DNA of 64,000 bases, taken from IMG/VR virus record IMGVR_UViG_2897358383_000002; one strand, given 5' to 3'. Both the position numbers and the translations under genes were made by a program. Position 1 is the first letter of the stretch; each line of letters begins with the position of its first letter. Shown piece by piece: positions 46,311 through 54,741 of this stretch. The stretch is from a virus (lineage: Duplodnaviria > Heunggongvirae > Uroviricota > Caudoviricetes). Under the pieces are notes generated by a model, which made no database searches, was not told the DNA's origin, and was given only the letters and a program-made list of their open reading frames with translations.

Positions 46311-46922
46311 ATGGGGCTTAATGTTGCTTCAGTAAAGTCTTATGTATCTTCGGCATTAACGACGACATTATTTGGCTCCGGCGTTGGTGAGCGGGAAGTT
46401 GGTAAGCTGACGTCAATCATCATGAACAAAATGCTGTTCGCGCAAGGATGGCAGTTCTCTGTCGAAGTTGATGGTCTGGAGGGGGCAGACTTCTTTGCTA
46501 AAGACATTACCTACCACGATTACAGCATCGAATATGAAACGATTAAAATCGGCGGAGGGAATATCCTTCAGCCAACGGAGCGTTCGCCTGGGCAGATAAC
46601 AATGATGGTCAGGGATACCGTTGATGGCCTCGTTTTGGACTGGTTTAAGACGGCAAAAAGTCGGGTGATCAATCCGGACGGTACCGGGAATATACCGTCT
46701 AAATATTTGCTCAATGTGCGTATTTATCGGTTGCTGTCCTCCGGTTTAACCAAACTGGAAAATGAGATGACGGTATTCCCGGTCACTACCGGCGATGTCA
46801 CCTATGCGCGGGATCAGGTTACGGAATTTAAGTCATTCCCAATGACCTTCGCGTTGCACAGCACGTTTAACCAATCCTCAAGTTCTTTAGCTTCCCTTCT
46901 GGGCTTTAGTTTTTCGCTTTAA
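46311..46922 (+). CDS. phage tail-associated protein (possible tail tube)
   Basis: 203-aa ORF. Confidence 0.45.
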   Translation: MGLNVASVKSYVSSALTTTLFGSGVGEREVGKLTSIIMNKMLFAQGWQFSVEVDGLEGADFFAKDITYHDYSIEYETIKIGGGNILQPTERSPGQITMMVRDTVDGLVLDWFKTAKSRVINPDGTGNIPSKYLLNVRIYRLLSSGLTKLENEMTVFPVTTGDVTYARDQVTEFKSFPMTFALHSTFNQSSSSLASLLGFSFSL

Positions 46923-46936
46923 ATTAAGGAGCAAGG

Positions 46937-47818
46937 ATGCTTTTACCCCTTTTCCCGCTACCATCGCGGCCAACTGAATTAATCCAGTTCCGTCAGCCAA
47001 ATATTGCTGATGCGATGCGTTTCAACTCGATAACACCGGAGGAACAAGAACAGCAGACAACAGCGTATTTAAAAGCCTTGCTGGCTGAAGCTGCGAAACA
47101 TGATCCACTGAAATGGACGGCACAGGACCGGATTACCGCGTTATGGTGGATATTTACTGGCTCCCGCGAAACACCGATCGAGACATTTACCTACACCTGT
47201 AAACATTGCGGTAAAGAGCATTATTACGATTGCGATATGAATGCTCTGGCTGAAGATATCCAGGTCCTGGAAGTGGAACCGTTCATTGACGATATTGAGG
47301 TGTCTGTAGAGGGCGTGCCTTATCAATGGCGTATCGTGCCGCTTGATGGTTGGGCAATGGAAATGCTGGAGATGCGCCGAGCAGCATTGCCACCTGAAGA
47401 CGACGCGGAATTCAAAGAAGCGATCGTTGATTTGCGTTTTTGGGAATTCGCTTATCAGTGTGAACTTTATAACGATGTTAGCGGTACTCGTGAAGAGCAG
47501 GCTGAGCGTCGTTATGAAACGATCAAACGGATGGCCATTGATACTGAATTTATGAAGCTGGCGGCACACATCCGGCTGGCTCATGAAAAGCTCGAACATG
47601 GTTTACCGTGCTACATCGATAAAGGCGAAATGCGTCTTCGTCTCCCGCCGCACAAATGCCCAAACCAGGATACAAAGGAGTCCACAGAGGGTGCGTATAC
47701 CCGTCTGTGGGTGCCCTTTCGGGCTACCGACTTCATTCCACAGGTGGGGATTGAAAAGCTATCAGACCTTAGTGTCCAACCTGGTTTTGTATGGGGGTAT
47801 ACCGATTCAGGACGCTGA
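46937..47818 (+). CDS. phage tail-associated protein
   Basis: 293-aa ORF immediately upstream of the tape-measure-like gene. Confidence 0.45.
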   Translation: MLLPLFPLPSRPTELIQFRQPNIADAMRFNSITPEEQEQQTTAYLKALLAEAAKHDPLKWTAQDRITALWWIFTGSRETPIETFTYTCKHCGKEHYYDCDMNALAEDIQVLEVEPFIDDIEVSVEGVPYQWRIVPLDGWAMEMLEMRRAALPPEDDAEFKEAIVDLRFWEFAYQCELYNDVSGTREEQAERRYETIKRMAIDTEFMKLAAHIRLAHEKLEHGLPCYIDKGEMRLRLPPHKCPNQDTKESTEGAYTRLWVPFRATDFIPQVGIEKLSDLSVQPGFVWGYTDSGR

Positions 47819-47899
47819 AAGGCTTACTGAATCCTATGCGTTTTTCCTGTTGGAGAAACTGGAAGAAAAACTTAAACCGAAACGGTAGGCGATAAGATC

Positions 47900-50800
47900 A
47901 TGGAAAGAAAAAACGCCAATATTGACGATGTTATAAGGACAGTTGAAACCGCCAGCGCGAAAGAGCTGGAAGAGCTTGCAGGTATTCGGGAAGCTGTTGA
48001 AGATTTGAAAGGGGAACGAGTTGCAACTGTTGATCCTGTCTCTCGCAGTGTGTCGGCATTAAATCGCACAATCGAAAATTCCCGGCCAGACTTTGTGGCC
48101 AATGCGCCATCAGTAGACCCTATTGTTGACGCAATGAAACGGCTTAATTTAGGGGACGTTTCTCGTATACGGGAGGACAAAGTCACTAACCGTGAACAGC
48201 AGGTTGCACCAACAGCGCACAATCCCCCAAATAGACGAAGAGAGGCAATAACAGAGGATGTTAAAGCACAGCGGTTAGAAACGGTCAAACTCGCTCGTGA
48301 TTTGAGAGGGGGACGCGTTGCAACGGTTGACCCAGTATCTCGCAGTGTGTCGGCATTAAATCGAACAATCGAAAATTCCCGGCCAGACTTTGTGGCCAAT
48401 GCGCCATCAGTAGACCCTATTGTTGACGCAATGAAACGGCTTAATTTAGGGGACGTTTCTCGTGTAGTTCAGGAGGGCATTGCTCAAGAGGAACAGCAGG
48501 CCAAATCAACTACACCAAAGGGTAAAAAAAGACGCAGGAAGGCTATATCAGAGGATATAAAGGCACAACGGACCGAAGCAGCCGAACACGCTCGCGAAAT
48601 GTTCGATCAAAAAGGCGGTGCGCAAAAAAGCCAAAACCAACGCGATGCGCGTGGTCGTTTTATTGGAAAGTCAGGGAGTAAGGCCGCAGCGGAAGATGTC
48701 CGTGCTGAACGTGCTGAAAAGGCCAGGCGCAAAGAGGATGATGAGCGTCTAAATGCTGAATCAGGTTTATTAAAAAAACTGTCAAAAGTAGCTGAAGGCA
48801 TAGGTAACCCTTCAGAGACTCGTGCCGTCGATGCGTTAGGTTATGCCGTTGCTGGTCCATTGTGGGCAGCAGGGAAGGAGCTTGGCGGGATATCAAAAGA
48901 AGTTGGTGGATCGCTTAATGGTGCCAGAAAGTCTATTGCCGATGTGATTCGTGGCAATGACGATAACAGCCGTAGAAAAGGTTTTTTTAGGCGTAAATCG
49001 CAAAATAGTGCCGATGTCGTTCAGGTTAACACCCAAAAACGGACGGTTCAGGAACTTCAGGAGCAGACCAGCGAAATTAAAGAGGGCAATGACAAGATTC
49101 TCAGCGCCCTTGATCAGATAGCCAAAAACACCGGGAAAAAGAAGGGCGGCTTGCTGTCCAAACTATTTAGCCTGTTAGGGAAGGGGGCCGGTGGTATTGC
49201 TTCCCTTATTTTTGGCCGTGGGGTACTAAAGAAAGTTGGCTCGATGGCACTAGGCGCTTTAGGTATAAAAAAAGTTGCAAGCTTATTGGGCTTTGGTGGG
49301 AAAAAAGCTGCTGCCAAAGAAGCTGGCGAATTGGCTACTCGCGGTGCCGGAAAACTTGCAACTAAGGGATTGGGGAAACTAGGTGTTAAGGCTCTTGCAA
49401 AGGGGGCTTTACGCGCAATTCCGCTAGTCGGCACGGTGGCTGGAGGTATCTATGATGCGGTAACCGGTTGGAATGATACAGAAGCACAACGTCGGACCTT
49501 TGGGCTTAAGGATGGGGAAGATCCATCTTTTCAGCAAAAAGCGGCTTATACACTGGCTAACGTTCTCGATATGGGAGGACTGGTATCTGGTATTAGCAGT
49601 GCCATTGGCGGCGTTCTCAAATCACTTGGATTTGAGGATATCGGCAATATGTTGCAATCATTTTCGACGGAAAGTATTGCCCAGGCCATTGATAGTGGGA
49701 TTACCAATTTAGAAACATATATTTCTAACCTTGGTGATACTATATCCACGACATTTAGTGATTATACTGCAAAGATTGGTGATGCTATTTCAGCATGGTT
49801 CAGTGACACAACAAAGAACCTGAACGAAAAATTAGACGCCATCAAAAACTTCTTTACTGTCGATAACCTGAAACAGGTTTTCAGTGATGCAATTGATAGT
49901 GCAATTGATTTCATTAAGAACCCAGGGAAATACATTAAAGAAGCTGGCAGTAATCTATGGAGTGCCGCAAAAGAGCTTTCAGGTGAGGTTGCAGATGCCG
50001 CTGTTCAGAGCACCCCTGTGGCCTGGGTTGCATCAAAGCTAGTCAACAAAGCGGATGCGAAAGAGGTTACACCTGAATTAAAAACACCAGCTAAAGAAAG
50101 TCAGGAGGACAATGCTCCTAAGACTGAATATACCCCTAAAAAGGCTAATATTGTCACTCGTGTTGTAAATGCATCCCTAGATACGGCGAAAGATAGCAAT
50201 AAAACAGTTAAAGAAACTGCTAATCAGATTATCAATGCAAATGCCGTAGAAACGGGCAATAGCGCGTTGCAGAAAATTGATAAAGCTATTGGTCAAAATA
50301 GCTCGTCATCATCGTCGCTTAATACCACTGGCACCAGGAATGACATTCAGAAAGCTGCGGATACCTACAACAATGGCAACTTGGATGTAAAAGTCGGAAG
50401 TCTTGGCGCTGAAGGTAAGGCAAATCTCGATAAGTTGGCTCCGTATTTTGCCGAACTAGAGAATAAATACGGTCTTCCAGAAGGCACTCTTTACGCGATT
50501 GCTGCAACTGAATCTGGTGGTAATCCGTATGCAAAATCCCAAACCGGTGCTCTGGGGATGTTTCAGTTCACGGGGATTGCTCGTGAAGAGACTGGCTTAG
50601 CTGAAGGTGAATCGTTTGATCCTGTGAAATCGGCAGAAGCTGCGGCTCTTCTCATGAGCAAATATCTGAAGCAAGCCAATGGAGACTTAAACGAGGCCAT
50701 CACTGCATATAATGCTGGGTTTGGCACTATCAATAAGTGGAAAAAAGGCACAGGTGACTTATCGAAAGAAAACCGTGAGTACGCGATCAAGGTCAATACT

Positions 50801-51595
50801 CATCGTGCTCGCTATTTAGGTGGTGAAATCTATACACCTGGAGCAGGAGCACAGGGTGGGGCGCAATATGGAGTGAGGGGACCACTGCCTGATAACGCTG
50901 TTATCGATCAGTCTACTGGCCTGGCGTTTACCCCTGGTGATAGCCCGTTTGAGAAAGGCGGTCTGGTAGACAAAATTGGCAATGCTGTTGGCGTTAACGA
51001 TCTGGTCAACAAATTCATGAATGGCCGGGGTATGCGTCGGGAAGTCGTTCAGGGAACGCTCGAAGAACGTGCACGAGGGAAGGGGACCGCAACAGCAGCT
51101 GGCAATGTGTATGTTGATACTCCGATGCCAGTTGAAGAGGCGCGTCCGGTGGCCAGCAACTCAAGTTACTTTGACCAACTCGGCGCACAAATGGGGATTG
51201 ATGGACTATTTGATAAACTCCGCAACTCGCCGGGGATGCGGAAAAATAATGCGCCTGAACCAGCCTCCACGTCCCAGGTGACGACTGCCGCCAACGATTT
51301 GCAGCAACCAACCGGTCGTATGCAGATAGACGGACAGGTTATTAGTGACCTTGGCGGCTCCGGTGCCAAGCCGACAATGCAGTTGGCTGATAATACCGTT
51401 TCACTTGATGGTGAAACGAAGCGGCTGTTTGCGCAGATGACCTCATTGCTTGCCAGGATTGAAGAGCACACTAAAGACTCGGCGAAAGGCCAGGGAACTG
51501 TCGTAAAGGTCAGCACGCCTCAACCGGGCGTTATGCGCACGGTGCCACTGTCAATTGATGATCCGTTGATGAATGACTACGCGAGAGTTGATTGA
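47900..51595 (+). CDS. sit: tape-measure-like structural protein with soluble lytic transglycosylase (SLT) domain (P1 Sit-like)
   Basis: 1231 aa; Gly/Ala/Lys-rich repetitive middle; SLT motif region AIAATESGGNPYAKSQTGALGMFQF...AYNAG; two internal 150-bp direct repeats. Confidence 0.8.
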   Translation: MERKNANIDDVIRTVETASAKELEELAGIREAVEDLKGERVATVDPVSRSVSALNRTIENSRPDFVANAPSVDPIVDAMKRLNLGDVSRIREDKVTNREQQVAPTAHNPPNRRREAITEDVKAQRLETVKLARDLRGGRVATVDPVSRSVSALNRTIENSRPDFVANAPSVDPIVDAMKRLNLGDVSRVVQEGIAQEEQQAKSTTPKGKKRRRKAISEDIKAQRTEAAEHAREMFDQKGGAQKSQNQRDARGRFIGKSGSKAAAEDVRAERAEKARRKEDDERLNAESGLLKKLSKVAEGIGNPSETRAVDALGYAVAGPLWAAGKELGGISKEVGGSLNGARKSIADVIRGNDDNSRRKGFFRRKSQNSADVVQVNTQKRTVQELQEQTSEIKEGNDKILSALDQIAKNTGKKKGGLLSKLFSLLGKGAGGIASLIFGRGVLKKVGSMALGALGIKKVASLLGFGGKKAAAKEAGELATRGAGKLATKGLGKLGVKALAKGALRAIPLVGTVAGGIYDAVTGWNDTEAQRRTFGLKDGEDPSFQQKAAYTLANVLDMGGLVSGISSAIGGVLKSLGFEDIGNMLQSFSTESIAQAIDSGITNLETYISNLGDTISTTFSDYTAKIGDAISAWFSDTTKNLNEKLDAIKNFFTVDNLKQVFSDAIDSAIDFIKNPGKYIKEAGSNLWSAAKELSGEVADAAVQSTPVAWVASKLVNKADAKEVTPELKTPAKESQEDNAPKTEYTPKKANIVTRVVNASLDTAKDSNKTVKETANQIINANAVETGNSALQKIDKAIGQNSSSSSSLNTTGTRNDIQKAADTYNNGNLDVKVGSLGAEGKANLDKLAPYFAELENKYGLPEGTLYAIAATESGGNPYAKSQTGALGMFQFTGIAREETGLAEGESFDPVKSAEAAALLMSKYLKQANGDLNEAITAYNAGFGTINKWKKGTGDLSKENREYAIKVNTHRARYLGGEIYTPGAGAQGGAQYGVRGPLPDNAVIDQSTGLAFTPGDSPFEKGGLVDKIGNAVGVNDLVNKFMNGRGMRREVVQGTLEERARGKGTATAAGNVYVDTPMPVEEARPVASNSSYFDQLGAQMGIDGLFDKLRNSPGMRKNNAPEPASTSQVTTAANDLQQPTGRMQIDGQVISDLGGSGAKPTMQLADNTVSLDGETKRLFAQMTSLLARIEEHTKDSAKGQGTVVKVSTPQPGVMRTVPLSIDDPLMNDYARVD

Positions 51596-51951
51596 TGGCC
51601 AACAATAATGAAATTGATCCTTTACTGACGCTGGAGTTATCCGGCGTAAAAACGTATGAGTCCCAGGAGGAGGCCTGGGGCGCTCGTTTATATGAGTGGC
51701 TAAACACTTATCAGGGTGAGGTATACGGAGATCCGTCATGGGGCAATGTTTTACCGCAGTTTAAACACGAACCGACCAACTTGTCGCATGTTCAAATTGC
51801 GGTTGAGGCAATGCTGTTGCAAAAACTGACGGTAGATTTACCTGACATACCGATTTCTGGCTTGTCAGTAGCCGAGGGAGATGCTTTTGATAAGTTGAAA
51901 ATATCCATTCGTATCAGGGATATAACTATCACACAGGACGTGGTGCTATGA
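51592..51951 (+). CDS. baseplate/tail assembly protein
   Basis: 119-aa ORF overlapping neighbours. Confidence 0.45.
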   Translation: MMANNNEIDPLLTLELSGVKTYESQEEAWGARLYEWLNTYQGEVYGDPSWGNVLPQFKHEPTNLSHVQIAVEAMLLQKLTVDLPDIPISGLSVAEGDAFDKLKISIRIRDITITQDVVL

Positions 51952-53381
51952 GTAAAACAACACCGACTAAAGACAGTATTCGTGCAGAGTTTGAAGAGCT
52001 TGTCGAGAAAGATTCATTCTGGTCGAAGTTTGTCGGCTCTCAATTTGTCTCGATGCTGACATTGTTTATTACCCAGATTGTCTACAGGTGCTTTCAGTAT
52101 GCCGATGCGGCGCTGGCTGAAGGCTTTATATCGACCGCGACGCGGCGTTCCTCTATCCTGGCAGCGGCAGAAACGAATAGTTACGTTGGTACCAAGCCAA
52201 CACCGTCATCGGGGATGATTGAGATCACCGCCACAAGTGAAGATGCCCCAGCGGTAATCCCCAAAAATATGCCTTTAATATCTGACGACCAGTACCCTTA
52301 CATGACTATGGATGTATGCAGGTTGGTTGACGGCACCGGTACGGTAGAAGTGGCACAGTTGGAAATCCAGGAGGTGACATATACCGTTACGGCAGCCAAA
52401 GAATTTCTGGAAGTCGTGTTATCAAAGGCTCTCACTGCTGTCTGCTATAAGCTGGAAGTATTCGTGACGACCGATGGTAAGACCACGCAGTGGTCTTCCA
52501 GCACTATGTTCCGGTTAGCCGGTAGTAAAAGCCAGGTCTACGTTGAGTTTTATAAGCCATCCGAGCAGTTGGGGGTTCGATTCGGTGATGGGCTAATTGG
52601 GCAAATACCGCCAGAAGGCTCGACCATTACACTTAAGGTATGGTGCACCAACGGAGATATAACCCTGGTTGCTGGCCAAAACCTGACGCCTGTCGATTCT
52701 GCGGCTAATTTAGCTAATTTGATTTCAGTTAAGACAACGACACCCATAACCGCAGGTACCGATGCCGAAACAACGGAGATCACACGTAATCGTGCACAAT
52801 ATTACCTTGCCTATGATGATCAGGTCGTATGGGGCGGGGACTATACGTATTTTTTGGTGCGTAACATCCCGGGACTGTCCTGGGTAAAGGCATGGGGCGA
52901 AGGCCAGCAAGAGAAATTAGATGGTGCTTATAATGTTCGGAATATCAATAAGATATTTATTTCAGGATGGCATCCAAACAAAAGCCAGTCAGAGCTTGAA
53001 GAAGTGATCCTGGCTGCCTTTAAGAAGGTGCCGAATGAGTTGAACAAGAAATTCTCGTATAAAGAGGTCAGAAAACTCCCCTTTAAGATCACTATCACTG
53101 GGCGGATATCGGCAAGCCTGACCATTGAGAACGTGACTGATGAGCTGAAGTCGGCACTGGAAACAAAATTTGGGCGTGACTCAACTTTCTTTGATCCGAA
53201 CCGTGTCGGCAAGTACATCCTAATCAAGAAAAAAGACGTTTGGGCATTTATCGAAACGCTGGGTTATTTCCGCGACTTTTATCTGGAATTTGTCGAGTGG
53301 AATGAGTCCAACGGCTTTTACGATTTCGTTTATCTGGATACAGAAAACTCCACCTTTAATATTTCGTATGAGGAGGAGTGA
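51948..53381 (+). CDS. baseplate protein
   Basis: 477-aa ORF in the tail operon. Confidence 0.5.
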   Translation: MSKTTPTKDSIRAEFEELVEKDSFWSKFVGSQFVSMLTLFITQIVYRCFQYADAALAEGFISTATRRSSILAAAETNSYVGTKPTPSSGMIEITATSEDAPAVIPKNMPLISDDQYPYMTMDVCRLVDGTGTVEVAQLEIQEVTYTVTAAKEFLEVVLSKALTAVCYKLEVFVTTDGKTTQWSSSTMFRLAGSKSQVYVEFYKPSEQLGVRFGDGLIGQIPPEGSTITLKVWCTNGDITLVAGQNLTPVDSAANLANLISVKTTTPITAGTDAETTEITRNRAQYYLAYDDQVVWGGDYTYFLVRNIPGLSWVKAWGEGQQEKLDGAYNVRNINKIFISGWHPNKSQSELEEVILAAFKKVPNELNKKFSYKEVRKLPFKITITGRISASLTIENVTDELKSALETKFGRDSTFFDPNRVGKYILIKKKDVWAFIETLGYFRDFYLEFVEWNESNGFYDFVYLDTENSTFNISYEEE

Positions 53382-54217
53382 TGCAGCGTTCCTGGTTTAA
53401 TAACCGGCTTACATCAGCTAAGCAAAAGTCATTACTTTATAAATCATTGGCTGATTTGGTTCAGTCAATGATGGACACCTTTGTTGACCCATGGTTGGAG
53501 CGAATTACCAACCGGAAGTCTATTTTCTCCATGAGCAAGGAGGATCTGGAGACTAGGACAAATGAACTTGGCCAGTTTTTTACTATCAGAACGTCGAATT
53601 CATCTTCCGTTCCGATGTTGTTACAACAGCGGTTTGATGAGATCCATTTTAAGGGTACTGAACGCCCTATAAACCAGACAATTTATCGCGAATTTAACGG
53701 TATATCGGTTTTATGGGATCCAATATATGCTCCGGTGGACTTTGAACGTCATCCCTATGGCACGGTCCTGATTCCAGAAAGCACACTGGAAACCACCGGC
53801 GGCACATTCGGCGAGATGTTTCTGACTTCCAGAGGAATGATCAGTATTCCCATAAACGACCTGGCCCGGACAATGGGTATTACTGGAACGATAGATCAGT
53901 CCGCAATTACAGAAGAAATTCTCAGAAAGTTTAATCAGTTCGTAAAGCCTCTACTGCCACTGCATATAGTGTTTGATGGGCTTACGCTCTATTTGTCGGT
54001 TGTTGTAAATGAACAGGCCGACATGATCACTTTGAATGAGATTTCTGATACCGAAAAAGCATTCTGCTGGTTTGAAACTTCGGATACAACTTCGCTTACT
54101 GAAGTTACGTCGATTAACGCCCCGATCACTGCAACGCCGGGCGGCACTATTGTGAAAGCAACGCCTACGTTTGATCGCACCCGCGCAGATGATTTGCTGT
54201 TGGATAGCGATGCGTGA
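53378..54217 (+). CDS. baseplate/tail-fibre-associated protein
   Basis: 279-aa ORF; a partial inverted copy recurs at the window end. Confidence 0.5.
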   Translation: MMQRSWFNNRLTSAKQKSLLYKSLADLVQSMMDTFVDPWLERITNRKSIFSMSKEDLETRTNELGQFFTIRTSNSSSVPMLLQQRFDEIHFKGTERPINQTIYREFNGISVLWDPIYAPVDFERHPYGTVLIPESTLETTGGTFGEMFLTSRGMISIPINDLARTMGITGTIDQSAITEEILRKFNQFVKPLLPLHIVFDGLTLYLSVVVNEQADMITLNEISDTEKAFCWFETSDTTSLTEVTSINAPITATPGGTIVKATPTFDRTRADDLLLDSDA

Positions 54218-54295
54218 CAATCACCCCGTCCGCAGGGCGGGGTGACAAGTTACTTATCTTACAATGAGGCTTCACAACATTGATTAGGGAAAATC

Positions 54296-54730
54296 ATGTC
54301 TGACGTCTCAACAAACCTCTATAAGAGTCAGTTGTTGGACTATTACTATCAGCGGCGCGCTGAATCGTCCATTAACAAAGGCTCTCGATTTTTAATCAGC
54401 AAGGCCGTTTTCGGTACCAGTTCACTGGTTACTAAGAAAGGAGATGGCACTTATGAGATTGGAGAACTGCCAAAGGCTTTCGATCTGGCAGAACTGACCA
54501 GTCAATTTTGCACCATCAACCTCGTCCCAACCTACTCAGGCGGGATAATTACTGTCCGAATGGACCTTGATCAAAGTCAGTTGCAGGAAGGGAAAAACTA
54601 CCCATTCAACACTCTGGTTGTTCTGGATAACGAGAATAAGCCAATCGCCATTATTTGTGTCCAGGAAGACTCGCTGTATGTGGGCAAAACATATACCGCA
54701 GTTATGGCCATAAACTCGACTACAGCATAA
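54296..54730 (+). CDS. tail-fibre-associated protein
   Basis: 144-aa ORF directly upstream of the tail-fibre gene; identical inverted copy at 63068..63502. Confidence 0.5.
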   Translation: MSDVSTNLYKSQLLDYYYQRRAESSINKGSRFLISKAVFGTSSLVTKKGDGTYEIGELPKAFDLAELTSQFCTINLVPTYSGGIITVRMDLDQSQLQEGKNYPFNTLVVLDNENKPIAIICVQEDSLYVGKTYTAVMAINSTTA

Positions 54731-54741
54731 GGATATGCTTG

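Noticed and set aside
47872-48399. 175-aa minus-strand ORF inside the tape-measure-like gene
   Set aside because: It lies entirely antisense to a 1231-aa gene with clear domain content and reflects the internal direct repeat; low-complexity S/T/A-rich translation.
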